DNA from: an uncultured Pirellulales bacterium
GTDB lineage: Bacteria; Planctomycetota; Phycisphaerae; Sedimentisphaerales; SM23-30
Length of the DNA stretch: 64,000 nt
Direction of reading: 5' to 3'
Assembly: GCA_964482555.1 (NCBI GenBank)
Contig: CAYZXY010000011.1
Span: 984-64,983, forward strand
The notes under the pieces are model-generated. The model saw nothing but the letters and a program-made list of their open reading frames with translations. It was not told where the DNA came from and ran no database searches. A program made the position numbers and the translations under genes. This document shows positions 37,416 through 48,033 of the stretch, piece after piece (position 1 is the stretch's first letter; the number at the start of each line of letters is the position of its first letter).

Positions 37416-39917
37416 TTATTTCAATGTTATGAAGCTGGTGGGGACGTTCTCCGAGGAAACGCTTAGTACCGATACGCCCTGATTGAGTTTGACATCAATG
37501 ACAGCCCGGCCGTTATAGACCTGGACCTTGCGCGAGGCGTGTGAGGTGCCGAGATTGTCAATGAGTGTGCCGTCGCCGGCAAGCTCGAAGTCAACGACGT
37601 TGGTCGCATTGAGGCAGACGACCCCATCGGCATCGAGCAGCCGGGTTTCTATGGTGACTTGTTCCGGATTACGGGTTATCTCGTACAACTCGAGCTGAGC
37701 AGGTTTGCCCCACTGTCGGGTTTCATAACGGAAGGTGATTTCATCGGTTACTTTTTTGCCGTCTTTAAAACCTGCGGCCCGAAGATGCTGGATACCGGCA
37801 TCCAGTCGAACCAGCCATCGCAGGCCGGCAGCGGGAAAATCCTGACTATTGCGTTTTCTTTTTCCCAGTGAGTCACCGTTGTGGAACAGTTCGACTTCGG
37901 GGCAATTGGAATACACTTTGATCAGTTTTTTCTGGCCGGATTGACCCCAGCGAACAGGCCAGGTATGGCCGTAGATATGTATCATCGGCTCAGCGGCCCA
38001 GAAGGATTGAAAGACATAAAAGCTTTCCTTGGGCGTCAGGTCGCGTTCGACGACGCCTTTCTGATTGACGAAAGGAACGGGGTTTTCCGGTCGAAGAGGG
38101 GTGGAAAAATCCTTAAAAGGCCAGTAGGCCGTCCCGGTCAGCCAGTCCATGGTTTCCTGTTCCTTGAGATGCCAGTCGATCAGGTTGCAGGCGTAGGTTT
38201 CCGTCCAGTCGCTGTCGCGGGAGACGCGGGCCTGGCCGCCTTCGGGCAGAAAATCGCCGGCACGTTCATCCGCCCCCTGGCCGATAGCGATTTTTTCGAG
38301 GCCGACGTCCGGGTCTTCGGAGTGCCGGCGGGCATGATGACTGGCGCCCCATTCCACATGCAGATAATGATCGACTCTCTGCATCTGCTCGTATGAGACT
38401 TCTTTGAATTCGGTGAAGCGGCCGCGATACCATCCGGACCAGATGGAGGGTGAATAGACATCGACTATATCCCGGCAGAAATCGCAGCGGCGAATACAGG
38501 TTTTTCTCTCGGGATCGAGGGTGTGCGTCAACTGGTGCAGTTCGCCCATAAACGCGCGAATTGCTTCCTGATCGAACTGGGGATGTTCGCCTTTCCAGTC
38601 ATGTTCGTTGCCCAGACCCCAGAGGATGACAGCTGGATGATTGTAATGCTGATAGATCATATTAATCAGCATCCGGCGGGTTTGCTGTTTGTAGTTTGTG
38701 CTGCCGATAACGCCGCGACACCAGGGGATTTCCTCCCAGACGAGCAAGCCCAGTTCATCGCACAGCTGGAGAATGGTGCGTGATTGCTGATAATGACCCA
38801 GCCGGATAAAATTCGCACCCATGTCGCGTATCATCTGCATTTCCCGGCTCATCAGTTCGCGGCTCATGGCGGCGCCCAGGCTGGCATGGTCTTCATGGCG
38901 ATGCGTACCGCGGAGCAGGAGCCGCCTGCCGTTGAGATGGAAGGGGCCGTGCTTGATGAACTTAAAGGTGCGAAGGCCGAAACGTTCCTGCATGTGTTGC
39001 GTTCCGGCGCTGGTTTTCAGTTGTATCCGGCATTGATACAGGGCGGGATTGGTCGTGTCCCATAATTCAATGTCTCTCAGCTTCAACTGAAATAAATTTT
39101 TTTCCTGTTCCCAGGACATGGTCCTGATGGTTTCGGCGGCGGCTGTTGTGCCGTCCGGTGCGATGATTGTCAGCTCGATGGTAAGGTTTTCGTCCAGAGA
39201 GAGCGGATTATGGAGGACGCCTCTGATCATCAGGGAAGCGGTGTTTTCCCGGGTAATATCGCTCTGAACGTGAATCCGGCTCAGAGAAACAGCCGGCACA
39301 TAAATCAGATTGACATGGCGATAAAGCCCGCCATAGAGGTTGAAATCGCTCAGGTCGGAAGGAATCATTTGCAGATCGCGCGAGTTGTCGCAGCGGACCC
39401 CCAGCGGGATTTTGCCTTTGACGGGTTGATGATCTCGCGCATCGCTCTGGAATCGTTCATGCTGTTTGAAGGCATCAATCGCGTCGGTGATATCCACGGT
39501 GAATTCATCATAGCCGCCGGTATGATGGGCCACGTGGCGGTCGTACACCCAGATGTCGGTTTTCTGGCCGGCGGCTTCGAAGAGCAGCAGCGTCCGGCCT
39601 TGCGGATAGGGATTGTCAATCGACAGCGCGGTCCGATACCAGGCCGCTCCCTGATAATAAGAGTCGTCCGGATCGACCGCATCAAACGCGTTGTAGCAGT
39701 GGGGAATCGTAACAGTTTCCCAGGGAACGGCGTCATAAGTCTTCCGCCATAATTCCCACCAGCCGCCTACGTCCTTTCGTAAAAACGTCCAGTCATCAGT
39801 CAGTTCTGTCGTATGCTGCGACAGGTACGGGCGGGTTTCAGGCTGCATAGCCGCCCGGCATGCCGCCGCCATTGTAATAATAATGAGCAAGCCCCGTAGG
39901 AATGAACGTGTCGTCAT
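37416..39917 (-). CDS. Glycoside hydrolase family 2 (beta-galactosidase/glucuronidase-like)
   Basis: 'YGGLYR', 'LRGTHRHED', 'GANFIRLGHY', 'NHPAVILWGLGNE'; signal peptide. Confidence 0.92.
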   Translation of the reverse strand: MTTRSFLRGLLIIITMAAACRAAMQPETRPYLSQHTTELTDDWTFLRKDVGGWWELWRKTYDAVPWETVTIPHCYNAFDAVDPDDSYYQGAAWYRTALSIDNPYPQGRTLLLFEAAGQKTDIWVYDRHVAHHTGGYDEFTVDITDAIDAFKQHERFQSDARDHQPVKGKIPLGVRCDNSRDLQMIPSDLSDFNLYGGLYRHVNLIYVPAVSLSRIHVQSDITRENTASLMIRGVLHNPLSLDENLTIELTIIAPDGTTAAAETIRTMSWEQEKNLFQLKLRDIELWDTTNPALYQCRIQLKTSAGTQHMQERFGLRTFKFIKHGPFHLNGRRLLLRGTHRHEDHASLGAAMSRELMSREMQMIRDMGANFIRLGHYQQSRTILQLCDELGLLVWEEIPWCRGVIGSTNYKQQTRRMLINMIYQHYNHPAVILWGLGNEHDWKGEHPQFDQEAIRAFMGELHQLTHTLDPERKTCIRRCDFCRDIVDVYSPSIWSGWYRGRFTEFKEVSYEQMQRVDHYLHVEWGASHHARRHSEDPDVGLEKIAIGQGADERAGDFLPEGGQARVSRDSDWTETYACNLIDWHLKEQETMDWLTGTAYWPFKDFSTPLRPENPVPFVNQKGVVERDLTPKESFYVFQSFWAAEPMIHIYGHTWPVRWGQSGQKKLIKVYSNCPEVELFHNGDSLGKRKRNSQDFPAAGLRWLVRLDAGIQHLRAAGFKDGKKVTDEITFRYETRQWGKPAQLELYEITRNPEQVTIETRLLDADGVVCLNATNVVDFELAGDGTLIDNLGTSHASRKVQVYNGRAVIDVKLNQGVSVLSVSSENVPTSFITLK

Positions 39918-39969
39918 AGTTACGCTCCCTGAGAAAAGATAATTTTCGACGTTTCGATGAATAAACGAC

Positions 39970-40644
39970 TTATGACTGCGAGCGATAATCTTCCGCGCGG
40001 TGGCGGATGATTTCCCCTGTTATCATGTAGATCACATCTTCGGCGATATTGGTCGTATGGTCGGCAATACGTTCCAGGTGGCGCGAGACCGAGAACAGAT
40101 GCACCAGCGAATCGATTTGTTCAGGATATTCGCGGATGCCGTCCTGAAAACGAAAAAAGATATCGCTGTTCAGGGCGTCAACTTCTTCGTCGTCGGCACA
40201 GACTTTCCGGGCCAGTTCCGGACTGAGATTGACCAGGGCATCGAGGCTTTCTTTGAGCATAAGTTTGGCCTTTTTCGCCATGCCGGCAAAATCGAACGTA
40301 ATGCTGGTCGGCGGCTGGGTGGCCAGAAATGCCGCTCGTTCGGCAATATTCACCGACAGATCGCCGATGCGTTCCAGATCGTTATTGATCTTCAGTACCG
40401 CGATAATAAATCGCAGGTCTGTGGCGACCGGTTGATGCAGCGCCAGAATTTTCAGGCACTCTTCTTCGACTTCCACTTCCATGTTGTCTATTTCAATATC
40501 GTTGGCAATGACCCGGGCGGCCTGTTCCATATCGCGGTTATTTATCGCCTGGATCGACTGGCGCACACTCTCTTCCACCTTGGCGCCGAGTCCAAGAACT
40601 TTCTTTTTGATATTATCAATTTCCCTTTTTAAATGCACAGCCAT
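39970..40644 (-). CDS. phoU: Phosphate signalling protein PhoU
   Basis: 'HQPVATDLR', 'DLERIGD', 'LERIADH...IAEDVIY'. Confidence 0.95.
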   Translation of the reverse strand: MAVHLKREIDNIKKKVLGLGAKVEESVRQSIQAINNRDMEQAARVIANDIEIDNMEVEVEEECLKILALHQPVATDLRFIIAVLKINNDLERIGDLSVNIAERAAFLATQPPTSITFDFAGMAKKAKLMLKESLDALVNLSPELARKVCADDEEVDALNSDIFFRFQDGIREYPEQIDSLVHLFSVSRHLERIADHTTNIAEDVIYMITGEIIRHRAEDYRSQS

Positions 40645-40719
40645 ATATTAGTCCCCTGGTCGCCGGACAGACGAACGAAGCACAGAACATACAGTACCGC
40701 AAACAAGCAATATGACATC

Positions 40720-40825
40720 TATACCCAATTGGGTAGCAAGCTTCGGGCCGGGCCGAGCGTAAGCTTTTTATCCGCAGATAATGACGTTCCGACAAAACGG
40801 ATTATTTTCAATCGGAACGAATATA
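40720..40825 (+). repeat. ~105-bp dispersed repeat, copy A
   Basis: TATACCCAATTGGGTAG...GCGTAAGCTTTTTATCCGCAGATAAT...ATTTTCAATCGGAA; closely matches 45933-46037. Confidence 0.9.
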
Positions 40826-40866
40826 TACTATAAGGCATGAATTTATTAATGTCAAGCAGGTTTTCA

Positions 40867-41766
40867 TCAGCCAAAACGGCCGGTGATATAATCTTCCGTT
40901 TCCTTGTTGCCGGGATTCGTAAAGATGTGGTGGGTTTGATTGTATTCGATAAGTTCTCCCAGACAGAAAAAGGCTGTATATTCACTGACGCGTGCCGCCT
41001 GCTGCATGTTATGTGTTACGATGACGATGGTATATGAAGACTTGAGCTGAGAAATCAGGTCTTCGATGCGGCCCGTCGCCAGCGGGTCGAGAGCGGAGCA
41101 GGGTTCGTCCATCAAAAGCACTTTGGGTTTAGTGGCCATCGCCCGGGCGATGCACAGCCGCTGCTGCTGGCCGCCGGAAAGGGCCAGCGCCGATTTGTTT
41201 AGGTCGTTTTTTACTTCTTCCCAGAGGGCGGCGTCCCGCAAGCATTGCTCAACAATCTGATAGAGATCCGAGCGTTTTTTAATGCCCTGCAGCCGGGGAC
41301 CGTAGGCGATGTTATCGAATATGCTTTTGGCAAAAGGGTTGGGTTTCTGAAATACCATGCCAATCTCCTGGCGGAGATTGACCAGGTTGATCCGCTTGTC
41401 GTAAATGTGCTGGCCGTTCACTTCCAGTAAACCTTCGACGCGCGTGTTGGGAATCAGATCGTTCATGCGATTGATGCTGCGGAGAAAGGTGCTTTTGCCG
41501 CAGCCGCTGGGGCCGATGATCGCCGTAACCTTGCGGGGGAGAATAGATATGGTGATGTCCTTGACGCCGATCGTCTTGCCGTAAAAAAAAGAAAAATTCC
41601 GAGCGCTGATGATCCCATTCTCCGGCATCAGTTCATTCTCGTCGACGGTTTTCTGGAAGGAAACATCGTTCGTTTGATCCATCTGTTTGGTACTGGTATG
41701 TTCATTTGTTCTATCCATATTGTCAGGGCTTTGATAAGATAAGGTCTTCTCGCTTTCCTGAAGCAT
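40867..41766 (-). CDS. pstB: Phosphate ABC transporter ATPase
   Basis: 'GPSGCGKST', '[10 protein letters not shown]', '[13 protein letters not shown]', '[10 protein letters not shown]', 'YITGRFG'. Confidence 0.96.
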   Translation of the reverse strand: MLQESEKTLSYQSPDNMDRTNEHTSTKQMDQTNDVSFQKTVDENELMPENGIISARNFSFFYGKTIGVKDITISILPRKVTAIIGPSGCGKSTFLRSINRMNDLIPNTRVEGLLEVNGQHIYDKRINLVNLRQEIGMVFQKPNPFAKSIFDNIAYGPRLQGIKKRSDLYQIVEQCLRDAALWEEVKNDLNKSALALSGGQQQRLCIARAMATKPKVLLMDEPCSALDPLATGRIEDLISQLKSSYTIVIVTHNMQQAARVSEYTAFFCLGELIEYNQTHHIFTNPGNKETEDYITGRFG

Positions 41767-41768
41767 AA

Positions 41769-43388
41769 TCAATAACCTCGCATTTTTTTAGCGGTTCGAG
41801 AACGAATAACGATCGCAATGACATTCAGCAGCAGTACCAGCAGAATCAGCGTGCTTACCATACCGTATTGCTGATGAGGCACCTGCGGAGCGTTGGCGCT
41901 GCCGACGGCAATATTAAAAGCCCCGGTCGAAAGCGCCCGGGTCTGATCGAACAGCGACTGGGGGATATGGCCGGAGGTCACCGCGCCGGTCAGCAGGATG
42001 GGGGCCGTTTCTCCCGCGGCGCGACTGAGCCCCAGAATGATGCCGGTTAGTATCCCCGGCAGTGCGGCCGGCAGCGTCACTGCTGTGAAGGTTCGAAAAT
42101 GTCCGGCTCCCAGAGCCAGCGATGCCTGTTTGAATGTGGGCGGCACCCCGCGGATGGCCTCCTCACTGGCCCGAATAATCACCGGCAGGGTCAGAATCGC
42201 CAGCGTCAGCGATGCGGTCATTACGCAGGGTTTGGGCGACTGGCCGATTTTCGGCATGAAAACACCGGCAAAAAAGGCCAGGCCGAACAAACCGAAAACG
42301 ATACTGGGAACGCCGGCCAGCGTATTAATGCACATCCGAATCATCCGGATTACCATGTTATCGCCCGCGCATTCCACCAGATACGCCGCGGCAATAATCC
42401 CCAGTGGTACGGCAAACGCCATCGACACAAGCGTCAGGATGAGGGTTCCGAGTATTTCCGGACCTACGCCGCCGAAATAATACTGGTCAATATTGTCATC
42501 GATAAAATACTGCCAGTAAACGGTTTTTTGAGGACGCAGCATGGCATCCAGGTTCGTCTCAACTTTTTCGAACAGCGATTCCATCATTGTGCCCGCGAAA
42601 ATTTCCTTTCGCGGCAACGGTTTATTCACCAGCGGTTTATCGGGATCGACTTCCACCCAGTTCTCCTTGTAAAGCAGTTTTTCCAAAGCGATTTTGGCCA
42701 TGTCCATGCGGGTGGCGCCGTATTTCATCATGGCCTGGGTCGGCGTCGGATCGGTGGGCAGCGGGCCGAAAAGCTTGCATAACGCCTGTTCTATCGCCGG
42801 TATCTCCGCCAGATAAAAATCTCGTTTTTCCAGATCGATCTCAGAGATGGTATTCTGGTATGAGCGGGCCAGGTCAAAAAACCGCATGGCCGGAGAATTC
42901 TCAAATTCAGGTGTGGCGGTTTCCTCCGCCATGATATCTTTAAGCTCATCCTGAACCATGTCGCGGTCGTTACTTTCAAAAATATCTGTCAGTCTTATGC
43001 GTACATCGCGGGCTTTCCGGCGCAGCGTTCTCTTTTTCGTGGTGGGCAGAGGGTCGATATGGTCCCGGTAAGCGTCATAAACGGCGTCGACTTCTTTTTC
43101 AAATTGCAGATTCAGGGAGTCTTTGAACGTTTGCAGCAAGTTATATATTTCCGCCCGCTCTGCTTGCACCGCGGCCAGTTCCTGATTGAGCGCTTCCCGG
43201 CTGCCGCGATCGAAAACATCAAACTGCATTTCGCGAAACTCAACGGTACCGCTGAAGACGACCGCCTGGCCGCCGCGCCAGAGCATGGGCAGCAGTATGA
43301 CGGCCAGCGCCAAAGTCATCAGCATCACCGCGAAGCCGGAACAAAAGGTAAACAGCCGGTTATAAAACAGACGCAGCTTGTTCTTCAT
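41769..43388 (-). CDS. pstA: Phosphate ABC transporter permease PstA with a large extracytoplasmic insertion
   Basis: '[10 protein letters not shown]', '[13 protein letters not shown]', 'RAAGETAP'. Confidence 0.92.
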   Translation of the reverse strand: MKNKLRLFYNRLFTFCSGFAVMLMTLALAVILLPMLWRGGQAVVFSGTVEFREMQFDVFDRGSREALNQELAAVQAERAEIYNLLQTFKDSLNLQFEKEVDAVYDAYRDHIDPLPTTKKRTLRRKARDVRIRLTDIFESNDRDMVQDELKDIMAEETATPEFENSPAMRFFDLARSYQNTISEIDLEKRDFYLAEIPAIEQALCKLFGPLPTDPTPTQAMMKYGATRMDMAKIALEKLLYKENWVEVDPDKPLVNKPLPRKEIFAGTMMESLFEKVETNLDAMLRPQKTVYWQYFIDDNIDQYYFGGVGPEILGTLILTLVSMAFAVPLGIIAAAYLVECAGDNMVIRMIRMCINTLAGVPSIVFGLFGLAFFAGVFMPKIGQSPKPCVMTASLTLAILTLPVIIRASEEAIRGVPPTFKQASLALGAGHFRTFTAVTLPAALPGILTGIILGLSRAAGETAPILLTGAVTSGHIPQSLFDQTRALSTGAFNIAVGSANAPQVPHQQYGMVSTLILLVLLLNVIAIVIRSRTAKKMRGY

Positions 43389-44372
43389 TTATGATTTCCC
43401 CCGGGAACGTTTAACCTTGCTGATGAAATATTCGCTGATAATGTTTAGTACAAACGTAAAAGTCAGCAGTAGAAAACCGATCGCAAACAGCGACTTACGG
43501 TGGTCGGTCCCGACGCCGGTCTCGCCCATTTCGCCGATAATCGTGGCTGTCATGGTCTGGACGGACTGGGTAATATCCCACCAGGGTGAGGGAAACTGCC
43601 GCACGTTGCCGGAGGCCATGTAAACGACCATTGTTTCGCCGATAGCCCGCATCATTCCCAGAATTACCCCCGCGACGATGCCGCTGCTGGCCGACGGGAT
43701 GACGACTTTGATAATCGTTTCCGCACGGGTAGCCCCGAGACCGTATGAAGCTTCACGGATTTCTCGGCCGATAGCCGAGAGAGAATCTTCCGCCACGCTG
43801 ATGATCGTCGGCAGCGCCATGATGGCCAGAAGTACCGACGCATTCAGGATGTTGGCCCCTGTTCGCAGTCCCATCGTATTTTGTAGCCAGGGAGCCAGCA
43901 CCAGTATGGCAAAAAAACCATACGCCACCGATGGAATAGCCGCCAGAACCTCGATCAGCGGCTTGATGATTTGCTGTACGTTGAACGGTGCCATATCGCT
44001 CAGAAAAACCGCCGCCAGCACACCCAGAGGCACCGCGATAATCAGCGATACCGTGGTGACATAAATCGAACCGGCCAGCAGAGAGACTGAACCGAAGGCA
44101 GGGGGAGTGGCTTTGGGATTCCAGTTCAGATCGGTGAGGAAGGCTTTAAAGCCATAGTCGGCCAGAAAAGGAAGTGCTTTCTGAATGATAAACCAAAAAA
44201 TCAGCAGCACCACCAATAATGAAACCAGAGTCAGCAACAGTAAGATGAAACGGCCGATGTGGCTGGCCAGATAAGACTTAAGGTCTTGCGAGGCTGACAG
44301 CCGCAGCGGCCGGCTGAACTCGACCGCCGCCTTATCCGTTTTCTGATCTTCTGGTAGAAAAGATGGCGTCAT
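43389..44372 (-). CDS. pstC: Phosphate ABC transporter permease PstC
   Basis: 'LAAIPSVAYG', 'REASYGLGAT', 'RAIGETM'. Confidence 0.94.
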   Translation of the reverse strand: MTPSFLPEDQKTDKAAVEFSRPLRLSASQDLKSYLASHIGRFILLLLTLVSLLVVLLIFWFIIQKALPFLADYGFKAFLTDLNWNPKATPPAFGSVSLLAGSIYVTTVSLIIAVPLGVLAAVFLSDMAPFNVQQIIKPLIEVLAAIPSVAYGFFAILVLAPWLQNTMGLRTGANILNASVLLAIMALPTIISVAEDSLSAIGREIREASYGLGATRAETIIKVVIPSASSGIVAGVILGMMRAIGETMVVYMASGNVRQFPSPWWDITQSVQTMTATIIGEMGETGVGTDHRKSLFAIGFLLLTFTFVLNIISEYFISKVKRSRGKS

Positions 44373-44554
44373 AACAGGCTCTGTTTAGCGGGTTAATGAT
44401 TATGTGTTCTTAGTCTCTTATTAGTGAAAACTTGTGCAACAGGGCAACAATAATTCGAAGCAAGAAATCCAGTGCGATTTCGCCCTTTTTATTGTGACAA
44501 CATTTCAGGAAAAGGCTTAACAGAGCCTTTTTTCCGGCAACTTAACATTTTTAG

Positions 44555-44638
44555 TGCATTCGATCATTTATCCGAAAGTTATAAATAAACTCATCGAACT
44601 TAAAAGGCCCTGCCAGAAGTTTCAGCCCTGAAGGGTAT
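44555..44638 (-). repeat. Degenerate copy E of the ~105-bp repeat
   Basis: GGCCCTGCCAGAAGTTTCAGCCCTGAAGGGTAT resembles the ends of copies C and D. The left boundary is uncertain. Confidence 0.5.
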
Positions 44639-44697
44639 CTCTTTAAGTTCCGGTTTCGACGGATCATGTTTTCGAACTCTCGGCTGTTACCCCATGA

Positions 44698-45612
44698 TTA
44701 ATAATCGGTCAAAGGAACGAAGGATAACTCTTCGATAAGGTCATGACCGTCTTCGGTTAAATGAAACGTACAAAAGGCATACATCAGCGATCCGATCCTG
44801 GGGTAACCGTCGGTGAATAAAAACAACGGACGTCCAATAGGATATTTACCCGAAACGATGGTCTTTTTGCCGGGCATGACACCATTTATTCTAATGGCTT
44901 TGACAGTGCCTTCGGCAAAGCCCAGACCAACATAGCCGATGGCGCCCTGGGTGGTGGTGACTCTTGCTTTCAAGTGGGCATTGGATGAACCATACTCTGT
45001 TTTGCTTGCCATTGGTTCATTATTCATAACAAATTGTCCGAACGCTTCATACGTGCCGGATTCCGTGTCCCGACTGATAACGACGATGTCCATATTCGAG
45101 CCGCCGACTTCACTCCAGTTATTGATCTTGCCCTGATAGATATCTTTCACCTGCTGTATGGTTAAGTTTGTAACGGGATTGCTTTTATGAACTATGACAC
45201 AAATACCGTCCATTGCCACCACATGCGCGACCGGCATAACGCCTTTCTCAATGGCCCGTTGGAATTCTTCCATCTTCATGAACCGACTCATCATGCAGAT
45301 GTCGCATCGCTTTTCCAGCAGGGCTTCCGCGCCAGCGCCGCTGCCGGGTTTACTGACCGTAATGGAGGCGTCCGGAAAGGTCTCATCAAATATTTGAGAA
45401 AAGGCGTCGACGATGGGGCCGACGGTCGTCGAACCGACGATATACAGGGTTTCCCGATTGTCATCTGCCGCCACATTGCAGGGAGCGGCAAGGGGGCTGG
45501 GTTTGAGTCCGTCATTATTTTCCGATCTTACAGGACTGAAAAATTGTCCCGCCAGAGGAATAATCCCGACGATAATGAGCGCGCATAGAACTATCGCGAC
45601 TTTCTTTGTCAT
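44698..45612 (-). CDS. pstS: Phosphate-binding protein PstS
   Basis: 'GSTTV', 'GSGAG', 'MMSR', 'SRDTESGT', 'YPIGRPLF'; AAGGAG RBS. Confidence 0.93.
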   Translation of the reverse strand: MTKKVAIVLCALIIVGIIPLAGQFFSPVRSENNDGLKPSPLAAPCNVAADDNRETLYIVGSTTVGPIVDAFSQIFDETFPDASITVSKPGSGAGAEALLEKRCDICMMSRFMKMEEFQRAIEKGVMPVAHVVAMDGICVIVHKSNPVTNLTIQQVKDIYQGKINNWSEVGGSNMDIVVISRDTESGTYEAFGQFVMNNEPMASKTEYGSSNAHLKARVTTTQGAIGYVGLGFAEGTVKAIRINGVMPGKKTIVSGKYPIGRPLFLFTDGYPRIGSLMYAFCTFHLTEDGHDLIEELSFVPLTDY

Positions 45613-45647
45613 CATAAAGCTCCTTGTCTGTTTCGCTTGGTCAAATA

Positions 45648-45752
45648 TATACTCGTTTCGATTGGGAATTCCCGTTTTATCCAAACGTAAATATGTGCGG
45701 AGAAAGCTGTTACGTCTGGCCCTGGCGGGAATTCTCATACCCTTCGGGTATA
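45648..45752 (-). repeat. ~105-bp dispersed repeat, copy C (inverted)
   Basis: TATACTCGTTTCGATTG...TGCGGA...CCCTG...TACCCTTCGGGTATA aligns end to end with the reverse complement of copy B. Confidence 0.8.
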
Positions 45753-45932
45753 TTTATGACGCATCCGGTCTATTCATAACATAAATCGTTTTACAGGCCG
45801 ATGATGCGTATTATCATACGAAGAATTCAGTATTATGTATTTTTGGGCTTACCGGATCGTTGGTTCAGGTAAGTATTTCAGCAATATGTTACGAATTCTT
45901 ATTCATTTTTCAATATAATTCATGATCTTTAT

Positions 45933-46037
45933 TATACCCAATTGGGTAGAAAGCTCTTGGCAGGGATGGGCGTAAGCTTTTTATCCGCAGATAATCATGT
46001 TCCGAAAATACGGGTATTTTCAATCGGAAAGAGTATA
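45933..46037 (+). repeat. ~105-bp dispersed repeat, copy B
   Basis: Bounded by TATAC...GTATA; closely matches copy A. Confidence 0.9.
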
Positions 46038-46076
46038 AATCTTTCCGGACGGGTCAGGAAATTTCAACCCTGCTCA

Positions 46077-47903
46077 TCATTTATTGACATGATGCTGCTG
46101 GTTGATATCCTGTTCTTTCGATTCCCCGGCATAGTTCAGGGGAATATGGATGTTGAACGTGCTTCCCTCTCCCGGCCAGCTCTGCACCGTGACAAAACCG
46201 CCGTGAGCCTGGGCGATGTGTTTAACGATCGCCAGTCCCAGGCCGGTGCCGCCCAGCTTGCGGCTGCGCGCTTTATCGACCACATAAAACCGCTCGAAAA
46301 TACGCGGCAGCAGTTCTTCGGCAATCCCGCAGCCGTTGTCTTTGACAGATATGACGACATGGTCGTCGATAATCCGGGTGATGATCCGGACGACATCATT
46401 CTCCCGGCTGTATTTGATGGCGTTGTCGATTAAATTTACCACCGCCTGCTCCAGCAGAGCTGTATTTATCGGGGCCCAGGTGTCCTGCTCGCCTTCCTGG
46501 ATCACGGTGATGTTCTTGTTCCGGGCCTGGACCTGCGAAATGTCGGTCGCGGCGTCAATAACAGCCTTGATGGGATCCTGCTTTAGAACAATATGGCCTT
46601 TTTCACTGTCGGCTTCCAGACGAGACAGGCTGAGCAGGTCTTCGATAATGGCATGTAAACGGTCGGTTTGTTTAGCGATTATCGCCAGGAACTTATGAAC
46701 CTGTTCCTTGTTTTCAAACTGACCTTCCAGCAGTGTTTCGACAAATCCTTTAATGGATGTGACAGGGGTTTTCAATTCATGCGAAACATTCGCCACGAAA
46801 TCCCGACGGATGTTTTCCAGTCGTTTCAGGCGTGTCATATCGTTGAGCACGATTACCGCGCCGTGGCGTTCTCCCCGGCTGTTAGTCATGCCCGTACCAT
46901 GAAGCTGAAAAAAACTGGCCTCGCCATGCGGCCAGATGATGCTTGCTTCTATACTGTGGTCGCTTTTGAGTGTCTCGGTGATAAAATCCTGCAGGTCGGG
47001 GTTGCGTATGATTTCCTGAACGCTGTGACCGGTTGTTTTTTCCGTTTCCACGCCCAGCAGCCGGGCCGCCGCCTGATTAATACTGACGATCTTTTCCTGC
47101 ATGTCGATAGCCAGAACACCCTCAGCCATGCTGGAAAGCACTGCTTTCAATTCATTACGCTGCTCGATAATACCCTGAAGATTCTTGTCGAGATTCCGGG
47201 CCATGTCGTTCAGCGATTCCGTCAGATCATCCAGACCTGTCGAGGCCGGCAGCAGAATACGGTGCGTAAGATCCCCTTCGGCGAACCGCCGGGCCACCGA
47301 TTTGATCTGCTCGACCGGCTGCCGTAGCCGGGACAGCATAACCAGGCTGATAACGGCCGCCGTCAGTCCAATAATAAGTCCGTTAATTGTCAGCCGGCGA
47401 AACATCTCCGCCTTCATTTCATCCAGATCCGCGACACTGACTGCCGCTCGCAATATGACATACTCATTCTCTGCCGTATCCACTGGCAAAGCATGCACCA
47501 TGGCTTTTTTGTATAACAGATCGTCGAAGCGGATAATGTAATCTTCCTGCTGTTTCAGAGCCTGGGCGATTTCCGGCATATTCTTCTGGCTGGCCAGAGT
47601 ATCCGCCTGCCCATGTGAATCGGCTATAACCGTACCGTTGGGCAGAATGATCGAGATATGGAGATTGCTGTTCAGCCCCAGTTCCCTGCAGGCCTGCTCC
47701 AGCTCCCCATTCTCACGCCCGGCCATCAGCGGAGTCAGATACTGCGCGATTAATTGCGCCTTCGCGCTGATATCACGTCTTACCAGTCGGTAATAGCTTT
47801 CGCTCAGGTGGTCGATCGCATACCAGCCGTAACCGCCCAGTGCCGCGATCAATAACAGGAGAAAGGCCGGAAAAATATGTCTAAACATCAATTTAAACGT
47901 CAT
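46077..47903 (-). CDS. phoR: Phosphate sensor histidine kinase PhoR
   Basis: Two TMs, HAMP, PAS, 'RRDFVANVSHELKTP', 'FERFYVVDKARSR', 'GGTGLGLAIVKH'; pst context. Confidence 0.92.
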   Translation of the reverse strand: MTFKLMFRHIFPAFLLLLIAALGGYGWYAIDHLSESYYRLVRRDISAKAQLIAQYLTPLMAGRENGELEQACRELGLNSNLHISIILPNGTVIADSHGQADTLASQKNMPEIAQALKQQEDYIIRFDDLLYKKAMVHALPVDTAENEYVILRAAVSVADLDEMKAEMFRRLTINGLIIGLTAAVISLVMLSRLRQPVEQIKSVARRFAEGDLTHRILLPASTGLDDLTESLNDMARNLDKNLQGIIEQRNELKAVLSSMAEGVLAIDMQEKIVSINQAAARLLGVETEKTTGHSVQEIIRNPDLQDFITETLKSDHSIEASIIWPHGEASFFQLHGTGMTNSRGERHGAVIVLNDMTRLKRLENIRRDFVANVSHELKTPVTSIKGFVETLLEGQFENKEQVHKFLAIIAKQTDRLHAIIEDLLSLSRLEADSEKGHIVLKQDPIKAVIDAATDISQVQARNKNITVIQEGEQDTWAPINTALLEQAVVNLIDNAIKYSRENDVVRIITRIIDDHVVISVKDNGCGIAEELLPRIFERFYVVDKARSRKLGGTGLGLAIVKHIAQAHGGFVTVQSWPGEGSTFNIHIPLNYAGESKEQDINQQHHVNK

Positions 47904-47904
47904 T

Positions 47905-48029
47905 GGTACTGCTTCCAATTGAGTCTTCGCTTACGCGGCTCTTTGTGTCCCGTTTTCTCCAATCATAACTGTTTTGGAAAAATACGGTCTGGCGTGGCCC
48001 TGCCGAGAGCTTTTTGCCCGATGGGGTAT
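47905..48029 (-). repeat. Copy D of the ~105-bp repeat (inverted, with ~20-bp insertion)
   Basis: TCCCGTTTTCTCCAATCATAA and CCCTGCCGAGAGCTTT...GGGGTAT match copy C and the reverse complement of copy B. Confidence 0.7.
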
Positions 48030-48033
48030 GAAT

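Noticed and set aside
44698-45738. Extended 346-aa PstS start
   Set aside because: The extension is a read-through of repeat copy C; the RBS and signal peptide support a start at 45612/45615.
40720-48029. CRISPR interpretation of the repeats
   Set aside because: Copies are ~105 bp, dispersed and in both orientations, with no spacer periodicity and no cas genes.
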